A stretch of 64,000 nucleotides of DNA from Macrostomum lignano. Its lineage: Eukaryota. The translations under genes were made by a program, and so were the position numbers. The notes beneath the pieces were generated by a model that saw nothing but the letters and a program-made list of their open reading frames with translations, searched no databases and had not been told where the DNA came from. The stretch is taken from NCBI GenBank assembly GCA_002269645.1, contig NIVC01001681.1:126195-190194 (forward strand). Direction: 5' to 3'. This document shows positions 51,600 to 64,000 of the stretch, piece by piece. Position 1 is the stretch's first letter; every line of letters starts with the position of its first letter.

Positions 51600-52820
51600 C
51601 ATTCCAGTCGGAAAGATAGAGGGAAAGATTTTGTACGAGCTACATACACGTATGCCTGTGTCCTCTGTGAGTTTCTGTCACCGACAGTAAAGTGCTTTAT
51701 TTTAATCCGCAACTTACCAAAAGTTTTTCAAAAGTCATGGCTTCGAGAACAGCTCCACCCAGACAGGCTTTATTGGCTGAAATCAACAACAGCGCTGACT
51801 TGGACTCCGAGGATGAGGTCAATTTGGAATCTGCCGGATCAAGCCGATGAAAATGAGTCTTTTTTCGTCAAGAAGTTCTTGACAGGTAACATTTTTCAGC
51901 GTCTTTCGGACTGGACAAATGCGAGAGCCTGGAAGGAGTTCATGAATGTACAGGAAAGAGCCGGATGTGCCACCCAGGCTAGTTCAGTGGAAGGACTGTA
52001 GACCAAATGAGATTTGTGGCCATTGTAGTCTACTTGGGACTAAACAAGAAGCCTGAATTGAACAGTTACTGGTCGAAAGATTTGTTCTATCACATCTCAT
52101 ACCTAAGCCAGTCTTTCTGCCTTACTCGCAATCGGTTTAAGAGTATCATGGGCTTCATATGCAATTATACGACTGCAATGCGAGGTTTGCGAGGAACAGC
52201 AATGCTTAAAGGCGTGCAAGTTTGTCGACAAAAAGCAGAGCGGAACAAAGATTGTCTACGTGATTGACAGTCAGGGCGAGGCAGGCAAGCTGTGTCAACG
52301 TTACTCGAATTCGCCGAGGCGACGTGGAAGAAGTAATCCAAAAGCCGGTTTGCATCGCCAACTATTCATCTTTTATGGGCGGCGTAGATTGACTGGACAG
52401 TGGACTCCAGCCGTATACCATCCGAACAGAAAGACGCAAAAATGGTTTCAGAAGCTCGGTTTTCATGTCATCCTTCTTCTGGTAGGCAATGCTTGCATCG
52501 TTTACCAGAATGCTGAGGAACAAAGAGCTTCCTCAGCTTCTTAGAAGTTGCGATCAAGGATTTGACTGAACAGTCTGGGCCAGGCAGACGTTGCGTTTCG
52601 GATCGAGTCGGCCGGGCACATCCAAGCAAGTCAGGCCAGGCTGTTGGGCAAAATCGACCGAGTGTCAAAAAAGACAGGGTACGTCTGCTCGCAGTGTCAG
52701 GCACCCCGTCCCTGTGTCTTGTGAACTCCTTTGGCACGTGGCACAGTAAAAAATCAAAGAACCATTGCCATCTTCTAAAATGTTGCTTTAGAAATTCGAA
52801 TGAAGCGAATGACAAATAGT
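51600..52820 (+). mobile_element. Degenerate piggyBac (PGBD4-like) transposase, internally deleted
   Basis: YLGLNKKPELNSYWS...RNRFKSI, KWFQKLGFH...NACIVY and a frameshifted Cys-rich C-terminus; boundaries approximate. Confidence 0.7.
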
Positions 52821-53065
52821 GTGTGAAAGTAGAGCAAGGCGTAAACTAGTTAATAGAGCTTTAAAGCTACTTCTAATCCTTAGAGCTACTTCAATATTGT
52901 TTTATATTCCAATATACAAATATCTTTGCAAAGTTTGTTTGCTTTACTTCTATTATTGGTCGAGTTCGACCCAGAGCCGACTGGAGCGGTAGGAAGGGAA
53001 TTCATGTGCTGGTCATGCATGTAACTATTTTGAACTGCCCTGTTTGGACTCAACCGCAGGGACAT

Positions 53066-53495
53066 CAGAGCGGTGACCATGGCCCTCTCGGGTCATGGCT
53101 GCTTTGCCAGGCATCGTCACCTCCGGGGGAAAATCCGCAGTGAGGAATGCCCATTTCTGCCTCTCCAGTGTCGAGAATGCGGAGCACTTCATCTGTGAAT
53201 GCCCGCCTTTACTCAGGACAGGCTCACCTACCTCGGCCCAAACCCGGACCTCTCCGACGTTTTCAGGTTCGAGAATCTCTGCCAGCTCGTCCGCTACCTA
53301 AGGGCTACCGGGCGAGCGACAGTCCACCTCCTGGACCTCCTGAGGGGGACCGCGCTGCGGACACCGGCACCACCGGAACTTCCTGCGCGACACCGCAGCA
53401 CTAGCTGCCCGTGTGGTCGCCAGGGGCTAGCGAAATGGGCGGCAACGCCTCCTCGCTGTTTCCGGACGCACGGAGCCCCCTGCAGCTAAGTCAAG
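53066..53495 (+). mobile_element. 5'-truncated non-LTR retrotransposon 3' end
   Basis: LSGHGCF...[22 protein letters not shown] zinc knuckle typical of LINE ORF2 C-termini, one frameshift. Confidence 0.75.
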
Positions 53496-55123
53496 TATTT
53501 TGAACCGAATGCGCTGGGGAGTAAAAAGTGGTCGAAACAACTTTCCAGACTTCTCAAGGTTAACCTCGTATCAACTTGGCTACTAGAGACGATAGCGATA
53601 GCTACATACGAGTAATACATCTATACTGTATATCATATAGATCATAGTACATTATAGGTCATCCATTGGTTACGCCCAAGCGAAACGTGCGGAACGCACA
53701 GGCCCCAGGCCAATTTTTGTTCACGAGCCCCCAATTAATGTGGCCGCTCACGGAACCTGGGTACTTGATAGCTACTCAGACATATCAGTTGCTCCACCCC
53801 TCCCGTGCATAAAGTCTGAGTTCTGTATTCAGCTTCAAGTTATCCGTGCTTTATTAGCCAGACCCTCCGCCCTATATTGTCTGGCAGAGCGAGGCGAAAA
53901 GAATGGAATTAGTTAAGAAGGAATTGGAAGTTTTCCAACCCGAATAATCCCTTCCTATGATGCCTTCATTTAAAACCTTTCAGTTCGGCAGCTTGCAGCA
54001 ATAGTTTAGTCTAGCTTTCGTCTCCGAATCTCGTTTGGTTTTAGTGTCTGATCTTGATCCTATCTACCTGTGCTAGGCCTCAGAAATCAGTTGTACCTTA
54101 TAACGGGTTGCCCTTATATTCTCAGCAGCCGGGATTATACGCGGTCAGCTAATCCGAGCGGAGATCTGAGCAAATCTAGCGTAGGGCGCGGAGACATAGG
54201 AAATTATCCCGTGTCAGAAGCTCCTCGCATTTATAATTGGGATTTAACAGCCGCTCTGTAGAAAAATGTGTGGCAGACGGCGAGAGGTCGCTCGCCGAAA
54301 GTTCTAGGATGCAGCCAGTAATCCAATATACTAAAAATCAAAACTATGTACCTACCTACCTATATATGTATAGGAACTTTCGTTTGTCGCTTCAGTGACA
54401 TCATCCCGCAGTCAGTCGGTGCTGTTAGAAGTCGCGTGATGGATTTCACGCAACTCCAAACAGTACACAGAAAGATCAGTTGCTCATTTGAGATCAGTTC
54501 AAATCACAGCATGGTTGCTCTGTAAGTTAAAGATTGCTCAAATCGGTGTTAAAATGGGTCTGAATACTGATTTTGACACCGAGCAGTGTAAAATTGAAAG
54601 AGAAAAGTTTTCATGTTCTTCCACAGACAGAGATAGAAAATATAGTTTAAAGCTGAATATCAAAAACAAATGAAAATAGTCATTATTGCTTGGTTCTTGT
54701 CAATTTCGCTAATTTACCTTAGTTTAATACGATTCTGAAAGTGTTTCACAAGGAAACGATTGCTACTAAAATTAGGAGCTCATTGATTTATCATTGAAGC
54801 ATGCGCAGACGTACTCAAATCCGACTATTGAATCCCTTGTTTACGCCTTCTACGCCAAGAAATCAATGAATAGACTAAATTCGTCAAGAAATGTGTACTT
54901 ATAGGAATCATTTGACGATAGACCCTAGACTAGGAGTATAATTAAAAGATCCATATTTCTTTGGACTGATTGTTGGGCCAAATTAATCAAAGTCTACGAG
55001 CGTACCCCAGAGTTGGCTGGTCAATTCGCTAACTAGCCAAGTACCGGCGTAGTTAAGAAACGGAATTATAGCCGTAGCTTAGTAAGCTCATTCTAGATTA
55101 ATTTACAGTTAGTACCCACCTAG

Positions 55124-56476
55124 GACAATGGTTGACGGAATTTATAACATGCCATACGACGCTCCGATAGAGGTTTGTCAACGAAAATTTCCTGCGCTTA
55201 CTCAACTATGTTGTTGCTTGTGATTATTAAGTTACAACTCAGCGATATTAAAAGCCGCCACTATAGACTGTGTACCTGAGTAAGAGGTTAAAATGATTCC
55301 TTTGAAGTGTAGTGAATTGAAGTCGAACGTTTCCCCTTCGCTCTATAGGCAACGTTGACGGTCTTTTAATTTTGCTGAGTACATCTTAAGACTTAAGTCC
55401 TTAGCTTAAGATTCTTAGATGGTGCTGTTCCAAAATTTTGTGCGCCCGAGTGGCAATATAAATAATTACCCGATAATACTAAAATTCTTTTCCAACCAGT
55501 TGATTCAACTCTGGATTGACGACATCTCTCAAGGCCGACCCAACCTGGTTCAAGTGAAGAACAATGTTCCGCCCCAGGTCCTACTGTATCACGTGCTTAT
55601 ATTTATTTTCGGAGTGCTACTACTACTGTTGATGGCCGTTCTAGCAACTATTGAGGCAAGGTAAGGCTCGGGCATTGTTTGGCCTGTTTCAATCCATTTC
55701 TAGGTTTTTTGTTGAATCCAATTCAATTGGTTTCTGCACGAATTACAGTGCTTTTTGCACAAAATGCATTTGATGCTTCTTAAAGTGAATAATGAGCCGA
55801 ATTATGAGTGCATGGGCAAACAAAGCACTCTAGTCAACCAGACCAACGCCTGCAAAATACACATGACCAGCTGCCTCAAGGGATGACGGAAAGCAGCCTA
55901 CTCAGCTTCGTACTATCCACGGCCACCTCTGCTTAACTTGCAAGTGCTGGCAGCAAATACGTTGGGCTCTTGTTATCATCGCTGTTGTGTTCTAATTGAC
56001 ACAGAGAGTTTCGTTTGATTAAAGCTTTTGAGCTCAGAGATACACATCTCGCTCACAATATATTTATAGAGATCAAACTCCTACTTGCACGTTGCACGTT
56101 GCAATCTCCTACTCATTCTAGTCTTAGTACAGTATACGCCCACGCATTCAATAAGGCCAATAGTTCATTGTCAGTAGTCAATTCATTGCGCGAGCATTGT
56201 CAATCACAACAATCGCTCATGCTCACCTTGCTGCATACAACTCACTAACATCTATTTAACTATGCTTGCCAACATTATTTAAACAGATACGGCATCGCCC
56301 TTCATAGACTGCTGCCTCTAGTCACCCGGGTCATCGACGTTGCACAGCTTTTTGATCTCACTCCGCTGCCGCAGTCTAAGCGCATATCATTTGGCGTGGA
56401 GGCGCAGAACAGCACGAACTACAATCGAGCCCTCACTGATGCCTTGCTGAATCCAGGAGCGCAGCTTCATACTTGA
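55124..56476 (+). CDS. Unidentified membrane protein, putative exons 55124-55172, 55500-55660, 56287-56476
   Basis: Three phase-compatible GT-AG exons; hydrophobic VLLYHVLIFIFGVLLLLLMAVLA; upstream exons not resolved. Confidence 0.45.
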
Positions 56477-56554
56477 CAGCATATTTGAGCTACATGTAAT
56501 AGCATGGCCGCTGGACTGCGCTGAGTTGCTTGGTTTCAATTCCTAGTTCTAATG

Positions 56555-57010
56555 ATTGATCTATCCACCTCACAGGTCCTCAGATTGATCTATCCACCTC
56601 ACAGATCCTCAGATTGATCTATACACCTCACAGATCCTCAGATTGATCTATCCACCTCAAAGATCCTCCTCAGATTGATCTGTATCTATCCACCTTAAAG
56701 ATCCTCCTCAGATTGATCTATTGAACACTTCAAAGATCCTCAGATTGATCTATCCACCTCAAAGATCCTCCTCAGATTGATCTGTATCTATCCACCTTAA
56801 AGATTCTCCTCAGATTGATCTATTGAACACTTCAAAGATCCTCAGATTGATCTATCCACCTTAAAGATTCTCCTCAGATTGATCGGTATCTATCCACCTT
56901 AAAGATTCTCCTCAGATTGATCTATATCTATCCACCTCAAAGATCCTCCTTAGATTGATCTATCCACCTTAAAGATCCTCCTCAGTTTGATCTATTGACC
57001 ACTTCAAGGA
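56555..57010. repeat. ~28-37 bp minisatellite (CCTCAGATTGATCTATCCACCTCAAAGAT)
   Basis: Direct observation. Confidence 0.9.
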
Positions 57011-57501
57011 TCCTCAGTCCACATCCCAAAAACTCAGATTGAAATACTTTTCTCAAAAATTCTCTCAAGTCGATCTTATCAATCCATGAACCTCGAAAAT
57101 GATTTAATGCCGCACAGTTAATCAAATTTTAACAAAACTTGAAGCAGTGTTTATATAATGGACTCATGTCTCGTTCTTTGTCATCCATCCGTATAAAAAG
57201 ATGAATAAATAATAAGCGAACAGTAGCATGCTAGAACTCAGCTTCGTGTATAATTAACTCGGCAATATCTGCTTTCAATTAGCTAAAATACTCGTACTTT
57301 CGAATAGGCTCTCTAATAACGCACATTCAAAGCCAGTAAATTGATCAAGAATCTCGCAATTATATGGCAAAGAACGAATAAAGGTGCATAATAAATACAG
57401 GCAAAAAATCCATACGCAGATTTTTTATAGAATTCGCTATTGTCCCAAGAAAATCATTTTGCAGCTATAGGGATCAGGCTAAAGGTGACAATTGTAGGCT
57501 C

Positions 57502-59037
57502 CTAGGCTCGCTTGGCCTCGCCGAACTCCAGCACGCCGAGGCCGCGGACGGCAGCGCGGCTTTGACGATTTGGCCAGCTGTCGCAGCCGATGAAAGCGAA
57601 GGCGCCCCGGCCGCGGCTGCACCAGGCGTCGGCTGTGGCGGACGCCAGCTTGCGGATGGCGGCGCTGAGCAGGTCCGTCTGGTTGCCGACGTCAACGATA
57701 ACTAGAGACCTGCAGCGGGGAGGGGTCGTGCAAGGGTCTTGATTATTTGTTATTACTTTTTTATTTAGGGAATTAGGGAATTTGTTATTATAGGTCTAAT
57801 CTAATACTTTAGGGAGGGATTCTAATCTAATACTTTTAGGGATTCTGGAATGCAAGCCAAATACGAGGACCATAGGAATTTCGGTGGCAATTCGAGATAT
57901 TCTGAGAGAGGGTCGGTATTTTGGGGGTTGGATAGATAAGCAGATGAAATTTATGTGTGAACTGTCAAGTCTCTAAGTCTTCAGATGCAAAGAGCTTACC
58001 AGATCCCACTGAAGGGTTAAAATGCTGACAAACTAACCGGAGAATCGAGGGAGATTAGCGATTGAAAGACAGATTTGAGAAGACTCAACAAAACTGCAAA
58101 AAATGAGTTTTAATTGGCCTGTTTCAAAAACTCACCTGCTAGTGAGCCCGTTGCACAGACCGCTCAGCTGATCGAATAGAGCGGCAGATCCTTCCGTGTT
58201 CCAATCCGCGCTTTCCGCGGCGCCCCCAGCGGAGTCTGGCGCCTCGTCGATCGGCGCCAGACGCAGTGCGATAAGCCGATCGCACAGGCGGAACGAGGCC
58301 TGCAAAGCGGGCACGTCCGAGCCGGCCTGGGCCATGACCTGCATCAGGCCGATCTGCCGAAGGAAGTCGCGCCTGTCCTGGCCGGCGCCGCCGCACACGG
58401 CCAGCAGGGAGCAGGCCCGCGAGGCGAACGCGTGCCGCCCGGGCCCGCCGCCGCAGACCGATCGGCGCCGTGTCGGACAGGCGAGCGGCGGCGGCAGCGG
58501 GTGGCGGCCGCAGCGAATGGCGAGCCGGTCGCCGAACTCCGGCCTGGTGTAGCTGCGCTGCACGCTGGCCAGGGCTAGGGAGCTGAGCAGATCGGCATTG
58601 CTAACGGCATCAATGCATTTGAATAGCTGCATGGCGTGGGCTGGCAGCGACTCAAATAGCAGCTCAAATATCTGCAGCGTCAGCTTGTAGACGTTCTCGA
58701 CGCTGACCTCGATGTCGGCGTTCAGAGCCGCCAGCTGGCTAGTGGTGAAGCTGCAGCACCGGCGGCCAATTGTCAGGTTGAGAAGCTCAGGCGCCAGACG
58801 GCTAGCTGTCTCCAGCAGGGTTGGCGGCCTCCGCTGCTCTCGGCGCCGCTGCTGAGGTGCTTGGCAATCTAGCTCGCTGCTGCACCAGCTGCTGCTGCTG
58901 CCGTAGGTGTTGCCGTTGCCGGCTGGGCCTGCAGACGAATTGGAAACAGCAGCGGCAGCAGCACCAGAGGAATTGTGGGAGTCGTGAGGACTCACTAGTA
59001 GAGAGCTGAGTGTCTCATCGTCATTAGCGTCGCCGTC
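57502..59037 (-). CDS. Last two exons (59037-58136, 57709-57502) of an unidentified gene
   Basis: ~900-nt open GC-rich exon with acceptor and donor AG|GTGAGT; phase-2 join to a terminal exon ending GEAKRA*. Confidence 0.7.
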
Positions 59038-59849
59038 CTATTGAGAAGCAGAAAAAGTAGCTAAAGCTGTTACAGCTGATTTCAAGGCACCCAAGCGGGC
59101 TGCTTGCCAACAAAGAAGACGATTTCAGCCAAGCCTGTATTTGAGCGCTAAGGAAACCACCTGGAAGAGAGGCCTATAAACTTTGCGTTTATTGTTTAAC
59201 TGCATTAGGCAGAAACCAGGCTTGGTGAAAGCTCAGACCCGAGCCCGTTAATCTATAATCGAAGCGGCAGGCAAAAATTGATTAAAAGCTTTCCATTTCT
59301 TCATCAAGAAAATTATTTATCGCTTTTTTATAATTTGACGGCCTGGATTCGTCTTTGAAAACAAAAGAACAACCTCGGCAGCAAAGAGGGCTAAGCGGAT
59401 TATCTATGGAAGAAAAAACGTATCAATTTATTCAGTCAAGGCAAACAGGCCATTAAAGTGATTGGAATCAAATTAACTAGAAGCTGCGAATTATATTAGA
59501 ATCCTACTCTAACAGATTAGCTTCCGTATCATGATCACATGAAATGGAGAATTAATTAGCATAGGCTTATCCAAGATCTGCTCAGACAAATAAGATATAG
59601 TATAAGATGCTCTTGTTTAAAGACTTTTTTTACCCTCTACATGACACTTACAGTTCAAGGCTGTTATGCGTCTGGGGCTTGCGGCTTGTCGTCTGATCCG
59701 CAGAAATGAGGGCAACAGCTAAAGCACAGAGTGTATTCATAACTGACAATGAGACAGCTAGGGCTGCTGTAAACCCTGTGTGAGTGAGCAGCTAGGGCTG
59801 CTGTAAACCCTGTGTGAGTGAGCAGCTAGGGCTGCTGTACATCCTTGAG

Positions 59850-62800
59850 AGTGAGCAGCCACTCTCACTAAATCTGAGCAGTCACTCTCACTGAATCTGA
59901 GCAGCCACTCTCACTGAATCTGAGCAGCCACTCTCACTGAATCTGAGCAGCCACTCTCACTGAATCTGAGCAGCCACTCTCACTGAATCTGAGCAGCCAC
60001 TCTCACTGAATCTGAGCAGCCACTCTCACTGAATCTAAACAGCCACCCTCACTGAATCTAAGCAGTGAGCAGTCACTCTCACTAAATCTGAGCAGCCACT
60101 CTCACTAAATCTGAGCAGTCACTCTCACTGAATCTGAGCAGCCACTCTCACTGAATCTGAGCAGCCACTCTCACTGAATCTAAACAGCCACTCTCACTAA
60201 ATCTGAGCAGTCACTCTCACTTAATCTAAGCAGCCACTCTCACTGAATCTGAGCAGCCACTCTCACTAAATCTAAACAGCCACCCTCACTGAATCTAAGC
60301 AGTCACTCTCACTAAATCTGAGCAGCCACTCTCACTGAATCTGAGCAGTCACTCTCACTAAATCTGAGCAGCCACTCTCACTGAATCTGAGCAGTCACTC
60401 ACTGAATTTAAACAGCCACCCTCACTGAATCTGAGCAGCCACTCTCACTGAATCTGAGCAGTCACTCTCACTAAATCTGAGCAGTCACTCTCACTGAATC
60501 TGAGCAGCCACTCTCACTGAATCTGAGAAGCCACTCTCACTGAATCTAAACAGCCACTCTCACTAAATCTGAGCAGTCACTCTCACTGAATCTAAACAGC
60601 CACTCTCACTGAATCTAAACAGCCACTCTCACTAAATCTGAGCAGTCACTCTCACTGAATCTGAGCAGCCACTCTCACCGAATCTGAGCAGCCACTCTCA
60701 CTGAATCTAAACAGCCACTCTCACTAAATCTGAGCAGTCACTCTCACTGAATCTGAGCAGCCACTCTCACTGAATCTGAGCAGCCCTCTCACTGAATCTG
60801 AGCAGCCACTCTCACTTAATCTAAGCAGCCACTCTCACTGAATCTGAGCAGCCACTCTCACTGAATCTGAGCAGCCACTCTCACTTAATCTAAGCAGCCA
60901 CTCTCACTGAATCTGAGCAGCCACTCTCACTGAATCTAAACAGCCACCCTCACTGAATCTAAGCAGTGAGCAGTCACTCTCACTAAATCTGAGCAGCCAC
61001 TCTCACTAAATCTGAGCAGTCACTCTCACTGAATCTGAGCAGCCACTCTCACTGAATCTGAGCAGCCACTCTCACTGAATCTAAACAGCCACTCTCACTA
61101 AATCTGAGCAGCCACTCTCACTGAATCTGAGCAGCCACTCTCACTGAATCTGAGCAGCCACTCTCACTGAATCTGAGCAGTCACTCTCACTAAATCTGAG
61201 CAGCCACTCTCACTGAATCTGAGCAGCACTCTCACTGAATCTGAGCAGCCACTCTCACTGAATCTAAACAGCCACCCTCACTGAATCTAAGCAGTGAGCA
61301 GTCACTCTCACTAAATCTGAGCAGCCACTCTCACTAAATCTGAGCAGTCACTCTCACTGAATCTGAGCAGCCACTCTCACTGAATCTGAGCAGCCACTCT
61401 CACTGAATCTAAACAGCCACTCTCACTAAATCTGAGCAGTCACTCTCACTGAATCTGAGCAGCCACTCTCACTGAATCTGAGCAGCCACTCTCACTGAAT
61501 CTGAGCAGCCACTCTCACTGAATCTAAGCAGTGAGCAGTCACTCTCACTAAATCTGAGCAGCCACTCTCACTGAATCTGAGCAGTCACTCTCACTAAATC
61601 TGAGCAGCCACTCTCACTGAATCTGAGCAGCCACTCTCACTGAATCTGAGCAGCCACTCTCACTGAATCTGAGCAGCCACTCTCACTGAATCTGAGCAGC
61701 CACTCTCACTGAATCTGAGCAGCCACTCTCACTGAATCTGAGCAGCCACTCTCACTGAATCTGAGCAGCCACTCTCACTAAATCTGAGCAGCCACTCTCA
61801 CTGAATCTGAGCAGCCACTCTCACTGAATCTGAGCAGCCACTCTCACTGAATCTGAGCAGCCACTCTCACTAAATCTGAGCAGCCACTCTCACTAAATCT
61901 GAGCAGCCACTCTCACTGAATCTGAGCAGCTACTCTCACTAAATCTGAGCAGCCACTCTCACTGAATCTGAGCAGCCACTCTCACTAAATCTGAGCAGCC
62001 ACTCTCACTGAATCTGAGCAGTCACTCTCACTGAATCTGGCAGCCACTCTCACTGAATCTGAGCAGCCACTCTCACTAAATCTGAGCAGCCACTCTCACT
62101 GAATATGAGCAGCCACTCTCACTGAATCTGAGCAGCCACTCTCACTGAATCTGAGCAGCCACTCTCACTGAATCTAAACAGCCACCCTCACTGAATCTAA
62201 GCAGTGAGCAGTCACTCTCACTAAATCTGAGCAGCCACTCTCACTAAATCTGAGCAGTCACTCTCACTGAATCTGAGCAGCCACTCTCACTGAATCTGAG
62301 CAGCCACTCTCACTGAATCTAAACAGCCACTCTCACTAAATCTGAGCAGTCACTCTCACTTAATCTAAGCAGCCACTCTCACTGAATCTGAGCAGCCACT
62401 CTCACTGAATCTGAGCAGCCACTCTCACTGAATCTAAGCAGTGAGCAGTCACTCTCACTAAATCTGAGCAGCCACTCTCACTGAATCTGAGCAGTCACTC
62501 TCACTGAATCTGAGCAGCCACTCTCACTGAATCTGAGCAGCCACTCTCACTGAATCTGAGCAGCCACTCTCACTGAATCTGAGCAGCCACTCTCACTGAA
62601 TCTGAGCAGCCACTCTCACTGAATCTGAGCAGCCACTCTCACTGAATCTGAGCAGCCACTCTCACTAAATCTGAGCAGCCACTCTCACTGAATCTGAGCA
62701 GCCACTCTCACTGAATCTGAGCAGCCACTCTCACTGAATCTGAGCAGCCACTCTCACTAAATCTGAGCAGCCACTCTCACTAAATCTGAGCAGCCACTCT

Positions 62801-63090
62801 CACTGAATCTGAGCAGCTACTCTCACTAAATCTGAGCAGCCACTCTCACTGAATCTGAGCAGCCACTCTCACTAAATCTGAGCAGCCACTCTCACTGAAT
62901 CTGAGCAGTCACTCTCACTGAATCTGGGCAGCCACTCTCACTGAATCTGAGCAGCCACTCTCACTAAATCTGAGCAGCCACTCTCACTGAATATGAGCAG
63001 CCACTCTCACTGAATCTGAGCAGCCACTCTCACTGAATCTGAGCAGCCACTCTCACTGAATCTGAGCAGCCACTCTCACTGAATCTGAGC
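59850..63090. repeat. 23-bp minisatellite (GAGCAGCCACTCTCACTGAATCT)
   Basis: About 140 tandem units. Confidence 0.97.
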
Positions 63091-63139
63091 TACTTGACTA
63101 AATCGGGCTAATCTCATTAAATATATAACAAAGGCTGTG

Positions 63140-63670
63140 ATAATACTCAACTATTTGCTTTCGTCGCTCGGTGAGAAATTGGCCCAGCGCTTGCCGGCTG
63201 CACTGCGCATGGAAGCCCGCGTAGTTTTGAGTGCGCAAGCGCAGCCTCGAGGCCCACCGGCCAGCCAGGTCGGCAACCAGCCGCTCCGCCGCCGCCACCT
63301 GGCTGGCGTACAGCTGGCGAGCTCGATCTAGGGAGTCGTTGACGCCGGCCTGACAGCGCCGATGCGTTGCGCGTGCATAGTTAAGCGGCCGCGCGAATAG
63401 CGCATGTCCGGTTGGCCAGCACTTCGAAGTGAGCGCGCAGCCGCGCAGAGCTGCTCGTCCCAGGGCCCGGCGGAAATTGGCGAACAATGGATGCCGAAGG
63501 GGGGCAGGCCTGGCTTGAGCGGGTCCAGGCGGCCCAGCATGTGGTGCAGGTAGATGATGCGGTTAATTCGGGTGCGAGCCACGTTGATTGTCGCGGCATG
63601 CGAGACCGGCGTCGGCACAGCGAGTTGATGCAGTTGAAGTACGAGAACTCCGCCAACTGGCGCGCAATGA
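63140..63670 (-). pseudogene. GC-rich coding-like exon with apparent frameshifts (pseudogenised or assembly error)
   Basis: Acceptor TTTATCTCAG near 63672; coding-like codon usage switches between frames. Confidence 0.35.
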
Positions 63671-64000
63671 CTGAGATAAATATGAGCAAAAAGAAATTAG
63701 ATTGACTTTTGCTATCTGCACTACTGTCAGTAGGGGAGATAAAGCGCTGTGACAAACAGAAATGTCACGTCTTTGAAAGTTTTTTAAATAGGAAATTTAC
63801 AGAAAGCTATTAAAAAGTTAAACTAGTTTATAAAAAATGAGAAAATGACAGTGAACAGGTGGAAAAACGGGAAGGAGAAGTCCAACTGCCAGTCTACAAA
63901 GAGAAGGAAGGGAGCCCCGACGTTAACTGCCGAAAATAGGGTTAAGGTCTAGGGTTTAGGTTAGGGTCAGAGTCGGCAGTCGTGGAGCTATAGGGGATAG

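Noticed and set aside
63940-63970. TTAGGG-like stretch
   Set aside because: Only a few degenerate units; not a telomeric array.

Overview
Eukaryotic genomic DNA with spliceosomal introns and GC-rich exons, where nearly every large intron or spacer holds its own 15-60 bp minisatellite. The composition suggests a flatworm such as Macrostomum lignano (inference only). Host genes assembled by hand from phase-compatible GT-AG exons: the 5' part of RB1CC1/FIP200 (-), complete VCP/p97 (+, head-to-head with RB1CC1), complete FoxF (-), a myristoylated EF-hand protein (-), a peptide-type GPCR (-), and two unidentified spliced genes. Mobile DNA includes mariner, piggyBac, LINE, SINE and Penelope-like (hammerhead-core) remnants, plus two inverted-array foldback-like structures. 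The most unusual object is the intact-looking LTR element at 1-7905 in RB1CC1 intron 3. It has gag, a -1 frameshift signal and a protease, but no RT, RNase H or integrase in the visible internal region. Instead it carries an internal CCAAT/TATA promoter with two unknown sense ORFs and an apparent spliced antisense unit ending in a hydrophobic C-terminal segment, then a PPT and a 2.2 kb LTR with 12-bp terminal inverted repeats. No databases or programs were run; counts are by eye.
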